Shown here piece by piece: positions 31,861 to 41,696 of a stretch of DNA of 64,000 nucleotides. The notes beneath the pieces are model-generated. The model searched no databases. It saw nothing but the letters and a program-made list of their open reading frames with translations, and had not been told where the DNA came from. The DNA comes from a bacterium (lineage in GTDB: Bacteria > SZUA-182 > DTGQ01). The first letter of the stretch is position 1; the number at the start of each line of letters is the position of its first letter. Both the position numbers and the translations under genes were made by a program. The stretch is from positions 15,858 through 79,857 of the forward strand of contig JBFMGO010000013.1 of the NCBI GenBank assembly GCA_040752695.1, given 5' to 3'.

Positions 31861-31944
31861 AGAGAATAATAAATAAATTAGGGAGGATAATAAATAAATT
31901 AGAGCAGATAATAAACAAGTTAAAGAAGATAATAAATAAAGAGG
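31861..31944 (+). repeat. 4 x 21-bp tandem repeat (core ATAATAAAYAA)
   Basis: AGAGAATAATAAATAAATTAG / GGAGGATAATAAATAAATTAG / AGCAGATAATAAACAAGTTAA / AGAAGATAATAAATAAAGAGG. Confidence 0.85.
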
Positions 31945-32020
31945 CTGGGCACCATAAGCTGTTATTCCAAGCTTTAAACTACATTATATTTTACCAACCT
32001 TAGACAGGAGGATTTGTCAT

Positions 32021-33400
32021 ATGAAGGGAAAAAGATTTAGCAAAAAGTTTCTCACCGGCCAGATATTCACCTATTTTATCCTCATTTTTCTCTTTTATTG
32101 TTTACTTCCTTTAGGTGTAGCTTCTTCAGAAGCACCTCCTCAATTCGTCGTTACCTGGGGATCAGAAGGCTCTGGAAACGGGCAATTCGAAATTCCTACC
32201 GGAATAGCTACCGATATGGGGGGAAATGTCTATGTTGCTGATACGTATAACCACCGCGTACAGAAGTTTACCTCTTCGGGCAGTTTCATAACTTCATGGG
32301 GCGATGTGCCAAAAGGCAATGGAAATGGAGAATTCGATACACCTATAGGAATTGCCGTAGATGGAAGTGGGAATATCTATGTCGCTGATATGGGAAATTT
32401 CCGTATACAGAAGTTTACCTCTTCGGGTGGTTACATAACTGAATGGGGTTCTCAAGGCTCTGGTGATGGGCAATTCGAGTATCCTTATTCAATAGCTGTT
32501 GATTCGAGCGGCAATGTCTATGTCGCTGATACTAACAATAACCGCGTCCAAAAATTTAACTCTTCGGGCAGTCACCTGCGTACATGGGCATTAGGAGACT
32601 TTGCGGGAGAAATAATTCTTCCTTATGGAATAGCCGTTGATGAGGATGGGTATGTCTATGTCGCTGAAATAGCGACCAACCGCGTCCAGAAATTCACCTC
32701 TGAGGGTGTTTTCCTGACACGGTGGGGATCAGAAGGCTCCGCAGATGGACAATTCCATGAACCTTCTGGAATAGCCGTGGATGGGAGCAGAAATGTGTAT
32801 GTAGCTGACTCTCATAACAATCGTATCCAGAAATTCACCTCTGAGGGTGTTTTCCTGGCCAAGTGGGGATCAGAAGGCTCCGCAGATGGACAATTCTCTT
32901 CTCCGCAGGGAATCGCCGTGTATGCGAATGAAAATGTCTATGTGGCTGATTCTCTTAATAACCGCATTCAGAAGTTTTCCTATCAGCCAACCTTGATCAC
33001 GTTGGACCAGTTTACCGCGGTTCCAGAAAAGGACCGAATCACCCTTACCTGGACCACCTTGAGTGAAATCGACAACGCAGGCTTTAACCTCTGGCGCAGT
33101 GAATCAGAAAATGGAACTTTCATCAAGATCAATGCCGGAATTATAGAAGCAGAAGGCGGAGCCACCCTGAGCGCAGAGTATTCTTACCCCGATACTACAG
33201 CCAGACCCGGCGTCAGTTACTTCTACCAACTCGAGGATATCGACACCAAGGGTATCAGCACCTTTCATGGGCCGGTTTCCGCCATGCTTCCAAAAGCTAC
33301 GGTCTTCTACCCACCTTACTGGTTTGGTGGATGGTACACGGAAGTATTGCGCTTTACGGTTAACAACACAAGCTATCCTCTTTGGTGGCCATCAAGATAA
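32021..33400 (+). CDS. Secreted NHL-repeat 6-bladed beta-propeller protein with C-terminal Ig-like domain
   Basis: Six GQF..P.GIA.D..GNVYVAD..N.RVQKF repeats; LTWTT.SE.DNAGFNLWRS domain; AGGAGG RBS. Confidence 0.93.
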   Translation: MKGKRFSKKFLTGQIFTYFILIFLFYCLLPLGVASSEAPPQFVVTWGSEGSGNGQFEIPTGIATDMGGNVYVADTYNHRVQKFTSSGSFITSWGDVPKGNGNGEFDTPIGIAVDGSGNIYVADMGNFRIQKFTSSGGYITEWGSQGSGDGQFEYPYSIAVDSSGNVYVADTNNNRVQKFNSSGSHLRTWALGDFAGEIILPYGIAVDEDGYVYVAEIATNRVQKFTSEGVFLTRWGSEGSADGQFHEPSGIAVDGSRNVYVADSHNNRIQKFTSEGVFLAKWGSEGSADGQFSSPQGIAVYANENVYVADSLNNRIQKFSYQPTLITLDQFTAVPEKDRITLTWTTLSEIDNAGFNLWRSESENGTFIKINAGIIEAEGGATLSAEYSYPDTTARPGVSYFYQLEDIDTKGISTFHGPVSAMLPKATVFYPPYWFGGWYTEVLRFTVNNTSYPLWWPSR

Positions 33401-33464
33401 GGCTTCTTCGTATATCTCTCAAGTCAGAACAGGCTTGCAGGCATTGAGACTGTAAGCATTTAAC

Positions 33465-33503
33465 AAAATCCCCCCTTGCGAGATGAGAGCAAGGGGGGAT
33501 TTT
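33465..33503. terminator. Bidirectional terminator
   Basis: AAAATCCCCCCTTGC/GCAAGGGGGGATTTT between convergent genes. Confidence 0.85.
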
Positions 33504-33514
33504 TATCAATAGAT

Positions 33515-34225
33515 CTAGGAAAGATTCCTTACGGAAAGTGAGTCTTTGAGGATATATCCTCTTCCCCTTATGGTATGGATCAGGCTCTTTTTTCGTCCCT
33601 GGTCGATCTTTTTGCGCAGGAAATTAATATAGACATCGATGACATTGGTTCCTGAATCAAAATTCATATCCCAGACATGCTCGGAAATCATGGTCCTGGT
33701 AACGAGCTTCCCCGCATTGCGCATGAGGTATTCAAGGAGAGCGAATTCCTTGGCAGTCAAAATGATTTCCTCATCGCACCTGACAACCTGATGGGTAAGT
33801 AAATCAATAACGAGATCTCCCGCTTGAAGCTTCGTGGCTGTCTGACCATTCTTTTTTCTCAAGGCAGCCCGTATTCTGGCCAGGAATTCCGCAAAGGCAA
33901 AAGGTTTGGTTAAATAATCATCCGCGCCGGAATCCAGACCCCTGACCTTATCTTCGGTTTTATCTTTGGCCGTAAGTATGATAATCGGCGTGATCTGCCC
34001 ATCTTCCTCCCTCAGTTTCCTGCACAGCGTCAATCCGTCAACTTTGGGCAGCATCAAATCCAGAACGATCAGGTCATACTCGTTGGTAGTAGCCAGGAAA
34101 TGGCCCTCTTCGCCGTCATAAGCAATATCTATGGAATATCCTTCCTCCTGCAGGCCCCGTTTTATAAAACGTGCTATCTTCTTCTCATCTTCTATAACAA
34201 GGATGCGCATACTGAGACCTTTCAT
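33515..34225 (-). CDS. OmpR-family response regulator (CusR/CzcR-like), no adjacent kinase
   Basis: REC plus winged helix; GADDYLTKPF, TNVIDVYINFLRKK, HTIRGRGY. Confidence 0.95.
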   Translation of the reverse strand: MKGLSMRILVIEDEKKIARFIKRGLQEEGYSIDIAYDGEEGHFLATTNEYDLIVLDLMLPKVDGLTLCRKLREEDGQITPIIILTAKDKTEDKVRGLDSGADDYLTKPFAFAEFLARIRAALRKKNGQTATKLQAGDLVIDLLTHQVVRCDEEIILTAKEFALLEYLMRNAGKLVTRTMISEHVWDMNFDSGTNVIDVYINFLRKKIDQGRKKSLIHTIRGRGYILKDSLSVRNLS

Positions 34226-34387
34226 AATAATTATCTTTCCGTAACGTGAGGATGACTCAAGGAGTCGAGCGGGGCCATCCAGGTCAGGCGGTCCTCCAGA
34301 TCAGGCGGCTTTTCCAAGGTCAGGCAGCTTTCCATACCGTTCGGATAACCATTTCTCTATCCTGGATATGTCTTGAGTATGCCCTGC

Positions 34388-35158
34388 TCATTCCTCAGGC
34401 ACATGACCAAAGCCCAGCAATTTATCCATCCTGCTGAAAACATATGAGAACCCTTGGACCCGTGGACTTCTGTTTCCCTCGATAGTGTAAAGCATACCAT
34501 CTTTCAACTGATGAATCAGCCCCACGTGCCCCTGCCATCCATCCATTCTTACCCGCCACCAGAAAACCAGATCGCCCGGCCTGGGCAAATAGCCATTCTT
34601 GGCCACACAGGCCCAGCCTTTATTCTTGAATTTCCTTAAAAGGTCTCTTGCACCAGGCGAGTAGGGGAATGGCATCTGGTTCTTTTCTTCTCCGCACGCA
34701 TGGAAAAAGCACCAGCTTACAAATGATGCACACCAGGAGTTTCCCTCACCAAGGCCACAAGGCTCTAAATATTTGTGCACCCATGGACCCAGATTGTCCC
34801 CGCCAACCTCACAAGCTCCGCATTTCAGTTCCCCGATGGCTGTAGACAGGGCTGCCCGGCCCAGCCTGCTTCCTCCCATCTCTTCAGGTGGCATCTTTCG
34901 ATAGTCGATGGCGCACGGTATCTCTATCGTCGGTTTTGGATGAGTCAGGCTCCACCAGGTCAAAGGCCCTGCCTGACCGTCCACCTCAAGAGGCTGACCG
35001 TGCTGATCGAGGTTCTGCGCTTGAAAAGCCCGGACTGCCTGGTATGTCTTTATCCCAAAAATACCATCGACCCTGATAGAATAACCCCGCTTGACCAGGA
35101 GATTCTGAAGTTCCAGAACTTCTGGCCCTTGTGCTCCTTTTTTAAGCGATTTAAACAT
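34388..35158 (-). CDS. Peptidoglycan-binding plus CHAP-domain hydrolase
   Basis: PG_binding_1 (LKKG..G.EV..LQ..DGIFG..T..AV.AFQ); WCASFVSW, GHVG, TIEGN. Confidence 0.85.
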   Translation of the reverse strand: MFKSLKKGAQGPEVLELQNLLVKRGYSIRVDGIFGIKTYQAVRAFQAQNLDQHGQPLEVDGQAGPLTWWSLTHPKPTIEIPCAIDYRKMPPEEMGGSRLGRAALSTAIGELKCGACEVGGDNLGPWVHKYLEPCGLGEGNSWCASFVSWCFFHACGEEKNQMPFPYSPGARDLLRKFKNKGWACVAKNGYLPRPGDLVFWWRVRMDGWQGHVGLIHQLKDGMLYTIEGNRSPRVQGFSYVFSRMDKLLGFGHVPEE

Positions 35159-35404
35159 ACATAGCTCTCCTTTATCGTATACTCATAAGGATGTCAAATT
35201 CTCGGACAGCTCCCTTGTACCTTGGATATAGGCATCAGGGTAAATATACGTATAAGTGTGAATATAGCCAATCAGTATATAAACCTTTTCTATGATAAAA
35301 GTGTACTAGACTTAAGTAAACCGTGTCAAATGGAAAAAGAGATTACAGTAAAAAAATTGCGGTAAATTATGAGTAAAAGAGCTATGGCATATGATTCTTC
35401 AGTG

Positions 35405-35977
35405 CTATCCTGAATTGGTCGGCCCAGGCTGACTGGTTAACTCATCAGCCAGTATCCTGGCAAGCTCATTCCGGTTGGCTTCAGTCACCTGCACAAGGGT
35501 CACATCTTTACGGTTTTTTACTACATCGATGAATCCTGCACCTTTCAAGGCAATGGTGGCCATCACCCTTTTATTGGAGTCCAGCGCCTCAATTACTTTT
35601 TGCTTAAAATTTTGTGAAAAACATTCCATCTTGCCAATTTCATCAATCACGATTATGGATACCTCTGGCTGGCTGCCGCTCATAGATGGAATGGCCACCC
35701 GCTCAAATTCTCCCAGATCGATCCCATATCTTCCTACCCGATAAGGGGATTTTATCTCGACGTGGGATAATACAGCCTCATCACCAGAGAGTGTCTTAAT
35801 CTTAAATCCCTTTCTCCATCCACCCTCCCTGATTTCCTCGGTGTAAAAGCCGGTGATGCTTCTTTTCCGTGTCTCGATGCCCTTTGTTTGGGCCACAAGA
35901 TTAAGAACTTTATGAATCAGCGTCGTTTTTCCGATACCGGGAAGCCCGGTCAGGAGGATATTCTTTCGGTAGTGCAT
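35405..35977 (-). CDS. NTPase, THEP1 family
   Basis: TGLPGIGKTT, GFYTEEIRE, VGRY, IDEIGKME. Confidence 0.93.
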   Translation of the reverse strand: MHYRKNILLTGLPGIGKTTLIHKVLNLVAQTKGIETRKRSITGFYTEEIREGGWRKGFKIKTLSGDEAVLSHVEIKSPYRVGRYGIDLGEFERVAIPSMSGSQPEVSIIVIDEIGKMECFSQNFKQKVIEALDSNKRVMATIALKGAGFIDVVKNRKDVTLVQVTEANRNELARILADELTSQPGPTNSG

Positions 35978-35998
35978 GGCCCTGACCTCGTATCGTAT

Positions 35999-37069
35999 TT
36001 ACGAGTACCTTTCGATAATGCCCCTTAAAAGATCGACCGTTGCCTTAAGATCATCAAGCGAGACGGTTTCAACCATGGCGTGAGTGTACCGGCAGGGAAT
36101 GCAGACAGGAAGAGTCGGGATTCCTCCTCCGGCCAACTGGACTGCAGCCGCATCTGTCGTTCCTCCGACCACGCCCAGTTGAAAGGGAATGTTCTGTTCC
36201 TGCGCCAGTCCTTCAACAAAGCTCCGCAGGCCCTGATGGGCAATCATGCGGCCATCGACAAGCCTCAGCAACGGCCCTTTGCCCAGTTGAAACTGACCTT
36301 TGAAAATCTCGGGTACGCCGGGAAAATCAGGTGCGCTGGCTGTGTCGATAATAAATGCACCATCCGGCCTTGCCCGATAACCGGCTGTTGATGCTCCGTG
36401 TAAACCGTATTCTTCCTGAGTAGTGAAGATAAAGCTGATCCGGTGCTCAGAGGCAACTTCCTTCGTGCTCTGGATTAAGGCGACCAGGGCTGCGCATCCT
36501 GCCCGGTTGTCGATCCCCCGTGAAGCCATGAGGTTATTGGCCAGTCTGGATATCTGTTTCGAAAAAACGATCGGATCGCCGATCCTCACTCCCATGGCAG
36601 TGACCTCTTCAGCATTGCGGGCTCCGAGATCAATGACCAGCTCATGCCAGGCTGCCACCTTGTCCAGGCTCTTTTGGCCGTCGAGAGCCATATGCGGTGG
36701 AATCCAGGCAACAACACCTGGAATTTCCGCCCCCTGGGCGGTAAACAGCTTTACATGCCTCGAGGGAAGAACGCGATCGTCCAGACCACCCATCTTTTTG
36801 AAACGAATAAATCCATCCGATGTGATATTCGTCACTACCAGCCCAAGCTCATCCATATGGGCAAAAAAGGCTATATGGCGTTTCCCGTCCCCCTCTCTCA
36901 AGCCGGTAAGATTGCCAAGCGCGTCCACTTCCACCCGATCGACACAACCTTCGATCAACTCCTTTATCCTTTTCCTGACCGGGTCCTCATACCCGATAAC
37001 ACCAGGCACCATGATGAGTTCTTCAAGCAGTTTGTCGATTTCCAAAAGGTTATCGATTTCCATAGGCAC
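35999..37069 (-). CDS. M42 family aminopeptidase
   Basis: AHMDE, DNRAG, QEE.GL.GA, GGTTDA, RYTH. Confidence 0.95.
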   Translation of the reverse strand: MPMEIDNLLEIDKLLEELIMVPGVIGYEDPVRKRIKELIEGCVDRVEVDALGNLTGLREGDGKRHIAFFAHMDELGLVVTNITSDGFIRFKKMGGLDDRVLPSRHVKLFTAQGAEIPGVVAWIPPHMALDGQKSLDKVAAWHELVIDLGARNAEEVTAMGVRIGDPIVFSKQISRLANNLMASRGIDNRAGCAALVALIQSTKEVASEHRISFIFTTQEEYGLHGASTAGYRARPDGAFIIDTASAPDFPGVPEIFKGQFQLGKGPLLRLVDGRMIAHQGLRSFVEGLAQEQNIPFQLGVVGGTTDAAAVQLAGGGIPTLPVCIPCRYTHAMVETVSLDDLKATVDLLRGIIERYS

Positions 37070-37500
37070 TCTCTCCTTTCATGGTATCTTCCTTCCTTGC
37101 AAGGAAGGGAGATACTTTTTCTTTACCAGATCGGTATTGCCGATTTGGCAAAGCTACGTGACGGTATCAAGAGAAATTTGACTCTCCCCCTTTTCTCAAG
37201 GTATTATTGAGGCGCTATCGATATGCTGAGATTCTATGAAGGAGCAGGGTTTTTGAAGGCACATTATTATCCAGGCAAATCGTCTTTCAGGTAAACCATC
37301 TTCGCCGGCAAACCGTTTTTAGCTGGCAAATCAAGACCAGCGATATTTTACCATAAAGATACGATAAATTTAGTAGCTTTATCAAGCTCAGGCGAAAAAA
37401 TTTCTCCGGACAGCCTTCTGGCCACACAGTATATATTGCCTTAACCTCTCTGGCATAGAACCATAGAGCTGAAAGCCGGAAAAGAGGGAGACGGAAGACG

Positions 37501-38445
37501 ATGCATGAGGAAAGCTCAGGAAATCACATGGATTGCGTTATCGAGGCAGAAAATTTGAGAAAGGCATTCGACGGTTTTATAGCGGTCGATGGCATATCCT
37601 TTCAGGTAAATGCCGGCGAGTGTTTTGGCATCCTCGGCCCCAACGGTGCAGGGAAGACATCCACTATTCGTATGACCTATGGCTTTTCCCCCATATCCAG
37701 TGGCAAACTCAAGGTTTTCGGCCTCGATATAACCAAAAGGTGGCGTGAGATCAGGGCCCGTATCGGCGTCTGCCAGCAGGAGGACAGTCTTGATACGGAT
37801 TTAAGTGTACGGGCAAATCTGGAAACCTTCGCCCGCTACTTCAATATTGCAAGGAAAGACGCCCAGGCCAGGGCCCAGAGTCTCCTTGAGTTTATTGCTC
37901 TTGATCATCGCAGGGATGACGATGTAATGGAACTCTCGGGTGGAATGAAGCGAAGGCTTATGCTGGCCCGCGCCCTTATGAACGATCCGGATCTTTTAAT
38001 TCTTGACGAGCCTACCACCGGCCTTGATCCCCAGTCCCGGCACCAGGTTTGGGCGCGTCTGGAAGAGCTCAGGTCAAAAGGTCTTTCCGTCCTTTTGACC
38101 ACCCATTATATGGATGAGGCATCTCGCCTGTGCGATCGGCTGATTATCATGGACCACGGCCGTATCCTGGTTCAAGGCAATCCTGCAGATCTCATTCGTG
38201 CGCAGGTAGGTCATTACATTATCGAAATTGACAGCCCCAGTCCGGAATTGCGAGACTACATTCAAACTCAGCATCTGGAGTACGAGGATCTGGGCCATCG
38301 CCTGATCGTCTATAGCCAGGATCAGGATGACGGCAAGCTGTTCCATGCGATATGTGACCATTTCGCCCAGGAGAGTTGCATCCTGCGTATGACAACTTTG
38401 GAAGATCTTTTTCTCAAATTAACCGGCAGGGAACTGAGAGAATAA
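37501..38445 (+). CDS. ABC-2 exporter ATP-binding protein (NodI-like)
   Basis: GPNGAGKT, LSGGMKRRL, LDEPTTGLDPQ, TTHYMDEA. Confidence 0.95.
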   Translation: MHEESSGNHMDCVIEAENLRKAFDGFIAVDGISFQVNAGECFGILGPNGAGKTSTIRMTYGFSPISSGKLKVFGLDITKRWREIRARIGVCQQEDSLDTDLSVRANLETFARYFNIARKDAQARAQSLLEFIALDHRRDDDVMELSGGMKRRLMLARALMNDPDLLILDEPTTGLDPQSRHQVWARLEELRSKGLSVLLTTHYMDEASRLCDRLIIMDHGRILVQGNPADLIRAQVGHYIIEIDSPSPELRDYIQTQHLEYEDLGHRLIVYSQDQDDGKLFHAICDHFAQESCILRMTTLEDLFLKLTGRELRE

Positions 38446-38591
38446 AATGCCCAATGGGACTGGAAGGCCAAGAGGAAATAAAATCCACACAAAGGATGAA
38501 ATCCAGAAAGTGAATGAAACAGAGGGAATGAAACAGACATAAGGAATGAAACGCGGGATATGGAGCAATGTAAGAATATGAAGCATCTGAT

Positions 38592-39386
38592 ATGAAATAT
38601 AAGACACCTCATTTCAATATCTCCAGACGGTTTATACGGATTTGGCAGCGAAACTGGACTGTCTATCAAAGAACCTGGAAGGTCAGCTTTCTCCCTCCTC
38701 TTCTGGAGCCGCTTTTTTATCTGATGGCCTTTGGGGTCGGATTGAGTTCCCTGGTTGGCGAGATCCCTTACCACGGCTTGCATGTTTCGTATATGAGGTT
38801 TATCGCCCCTGCCCTGCTCGCGGTCAATATTATGTATAATGCCTTCTTTGAGAACACCTACACCTCTTTCGTGAGGATGTACTATCAGAAAACCTTCGAC
38901 GCCATGCTGGCCACACCTCTTTCCCTCGAGGAGATCATTACCGGAGAAATCATGTGGGGTGCGACAAAATCGGTCATGGCTACGGTGATTATGCAGGGGG
39001 TAATCAGCCTGTTTGGCCTAATCCGCTACCCGCAGGGCCTTCTCATTCTCCCCCTGGCTTTTTTCGGTGGATTTGCGTTCGGATCTCTTGGCATGTTCAT
39101 AACCAGCATCATGCCTAACATTGAACTATTCAACATCCCCGTATTCCTGCTTATTACTCCTATGTTTCTTTTCAGCGATACCTTTTTTCCGATTGAAAAT
39201 TTACCCTCCTGGGCACAAAAGCTCTCCCTCCTGTTTCCCTTGACCCATCTGGTCAGACCTGTCAGGGCTTTCAGCTTTGCGTTTGCAGATGCCAGCCTGC
39301 TCTGGAATATTGCTTACCTTGCGGCTTTCTCGCTTATTTTCTTCCCCCTGGCCCTGGCTAAGATGCATCGGCGGCTGATCAAATAA
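38592..39386 (+). CDS. ABC-2 exporter permease (NodJ-like)
   Basis: LEPLFYL, QKTFDAMLATPL, TPMFLFS.TFFP; 6 TMs. Confidence 0.92.
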   Translation: MKYKTPHFNISRRFIRIWQRNWTVYQRTWKVSFLPPLLEPLFYLMAFGVGLSSLVGEIPYHGLHVSYMRFIAPALLAVNIMYNAFFENTYTSFVRMYYQKTFDAMLATPLSLEEIITGEIMWGATKSVMATVIMQGVISLFGLIRYPQGLLILPLAFFGGFAFGSLGMFITSIMPNIELFNIPVFLLITPMFLFSDTFFPIENLPSWAQKLSLLFPLTHLVRPVRAFSFAFADASLLWNIAYLAAFSLIFFPLALAKMHRRLIK

Positions 39387-39579
39387 CGATGGATGCTGAT
39401 TGGTAGCCGGTACCGCTCATGCCTGGTGCTGATTGATAGCTGGTGCTGCTAACGCCGGGTGCCGATCGGCGCATCCGGTATACCGGCTGGAATGGTGGAT
39501 ATGGGATGATGAAGGCCTAATGCGGCAAACAGGTGTAAAAAGAACCTGGAGGGGAGATTTTTTAACCTTCCGGCAATTC

Positions 39580-40110
39580 TCAATGGCTTTTTTCCTTAAG
39601 ATACGTGGGGGCTTTTTCCGGGGTTTTCCCTTTTAAGTGTTCCTGGTAAAAGGCATAGGTAAGCGGTCTTCCCTCTTTCAGGATCTGCGTATTGATTACT
39701 TCTCCGATAAACAGAGTGTGAGAGCCTACATCAACCTGCTGAGTAACCCTTGTTTCCATGACCGCGAGTGAATTCTCGGTAACCAGAGGACAACCCGTAA
39801 TTCCCTTTTTGAAGGCAACGCGGGATAATTTATCAATGTCCCGGCCGGACCTGAATCCAAAGAGCCCTATAAAGGTCATCGGTGTAGATTCATCCAGAAT
39901 AGAGAGGGCAAATTCATGGCTATGCATGATATATTCATGGGTGAGCTCGCTTTTATGAATACTGATTCCAATGGCCACCGGCTGCCGAGCAACCTGGGCA
40001 GCGGCATCACAGATCTGGCCGTTCAATTTATCGCCAAAATGTGAGGTAATAACATAAAGCCCATAGGTCAATAACTTAAGTACTCTGAGATCCAGATTCT
40101 TTTCGTTCAT
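39580..40110 (-). CDS. Flavin reductase family protein
   Basis: LTYGLYVI, FGFRSGRD.DK, GSHTLFIGEV. Confidence 0.9.
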   Translation of the reverse strand: MNEKNLDLRVLKLLTYGLYVITSHFGDKLNGQICDAAAQVARQPVAIGISIHKSELTHEYIMHSHEFALSILDESTPMTFIGLFGFRSGRDIDKLSRVAFKKGITGCPLVTENSLAVMETRVTQQVDVGSHTLFIGEVINTQILKEGRPLTYAFYQEHLKGKTPEKAPTYLKEKSH

Positions 40111-40272
40111 CCACTGATACCTTATACCTCATCTGCTGGTGCATTTTATACCATGAAGAAACCCTCTCCTTCATTCTCGGCATAAGGTAAAAAAGTTGCT
40201 ACCTAGAGCCTGTTCTTTAGCCTGTTTTAGCCTGTTCTTTAGCCTGCTCCCGGAACTTACCCTGGTTTTTTC

Positions 40273-40698
40273 CTAGTGCCTTTCCAGCCAAGTCTTGATG
40301 GCCTGATCCATCTGATCACGAATCTGGCGAAATTTCATCAATCTTTCCCCAGCCGATCCCTCACAGGCTGCCGGATCCTCAAATGGCCAATGGAGCCTGT
40401 GATTGGCGGCAGGGAAAGCGGCGGGGCATTTCTCTTCAGCATCACCGCATACGGTAATAAGATATTCAAAATGTACTTTGTCCATGTATTCCTGAACACT
40501 TTTGGAATACTGACCACTCAGGTCGAGGCCGATCTCTGCCATTACCTGTCTGGTGCAGGGATTGATGCCTTTTGGTTCGGTACCTGCGCTATATACCTCA
40601 AACCGGTCACCGGCATACTTCCTGAATAAAGCCTCAGCCATCTGGCTGCGGGCCGAGTTACCAGTGCATAAGAAAAGGACTTTTATCTTCTCCATCAT
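40273..40698 (-). CDS. arsC: Thioredoxin-coupled arsenate reductase (LMW-PTP fold)
   Basis: LCTGNSARSQMAEA, TVC......CP, HWPFEDPA. Confidence 0.88.
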   Translation of the reverse strand: MMEKIKVLFLCTGNSARSQMAEALFRKYAGDRFEVYSAGTEPKGINPCTRQVMAEIGLDLSGQYSKSVQEYMDKVHFEYLITVCGDAEEKCPAAFPAANHRLHWPFEDPAACEGSAGERLMKFRQIRDQMDQAIKTWLERH

Positions 40699-41302
40699 CA
40701 GCCTCCCATAAAAATTACAATATTACTACTCCTAACGGCCTTGATCCATTCAAAAGATAAACAGGGACATTGCACGGGGGGAGAGGGTAATGCCCTGGGT
40801 TCTTTCACCAGGGGGCGGGGTGCTCCCTGAAAAATGGGTCTTGAGGGGGCTGCGATGCGCCCCCTCCTTGCAGTTTTGGTTTTGTGACCCAATCTATCTG
40901 TTCTATCTTTTCTTTGCAAATATGAAGATCGGATTGGAATAAAACCATAAGTCGGCATAAGTTTCTTCGGGTAGACGAAGCGAAGCTGCTGGATAATGGG
41001 ATAGGAACAGTAAGCTAATGACTGCCATCGCCACATGGCAACATGGCTGTCATCACCAGCAGTAACCCTGGTGACCTTATCCCCCAGAATAACCGGAACA
41101 GGGGTAAGAATGTCCCAATAGTAGTATCAGTAAAGTAAATGATCAAGTCCTATTATAAAGATTGAATGTGAGACGAATCTTAAGGCTCTGTGAAATTTAT
41201 ATGAGCAAAGAGGAAGCCCCCGCTTCACATGGGGATGGGGCAGACTTCCTCCTTCCAGGCAGGTTTTTGGTAATCTGCAAAGAACAAGTACACGCAGGGC
41301 GA

Positions 41303-41377
41303 GGCACAGGTATTTCACGAAAGAAACTGCTCAGCCTCATGAGCGGGGCACAGGTATTTCACGAAAGAAACTGCTCA
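41303..41377. repeat. 31-bp direct repeat (period 44) duplicating the Hpt stop region
   Basis: GGCACAGGTATTTCACGAAAGAAACTGCTCA at 41303 and 41347. Confidence 0.9.
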
Positions 41378-41682
41378 AGCTCGTGAAAGGATGTTTTCAG
41401 CCTGGCCATATCTGCCTCAACAGCCTTTTTATCTTTATCATTCTTGCTGCCAAGCTCTATGGATCTGGCAATGTTTTGGATTTCCTCGATCCGGAAATTT
41501 CCCACCATGCCTCTCAGAGCGTGGGCGATCCTGGCTGCCTGATCAAAATCATCCGCATGAATCGCCTCATCCAATTTCTCTATGAAATCTTTGGCCTGTA
41601 TGATGAGCTCACCAAGGAGCTCGTGGTACGTTTCTTCATCGATCCCAAGTTCCTCCCGGATTTTTTCCCTGTCCAGATACAT
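41359..41682 (-). CDS. Hpt phosphotransfer protein
   Basis: Helical 107 aa protein with AHALRG..GN motif. Confidence 0.85.
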   Translation of the reverse strand: MYLDREKIREELGIDEETYHELLGELIIQAKDFIEKLDEAIHADDFDQAARIAHALRGMVGNFRIEEIQNIARSIELGSKNDKDKKAVEADMARLKTSFHELEQFLS

Positions 41683-41696
41683 CGTTTATCCCTCCG

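Noticed and set aside
31861..31944. CRISPR array
   Set aside because: Contiguous 21-bp tandem units without spacers
40698..41036. 112-aa ORF as arsR or another ars gene
   Set aside because: No ArsR or transporter motifs; it overlaps GC-rich hairpin sequence
41020..41130. c-di-GMP-I riboswitch (ATGACAGCCATGTTGCC on the minus strand)
   Set aside because: The GGCAAA / GAAA tetraloop / GACGCAAA core is absent; the same applies to 56115-56235
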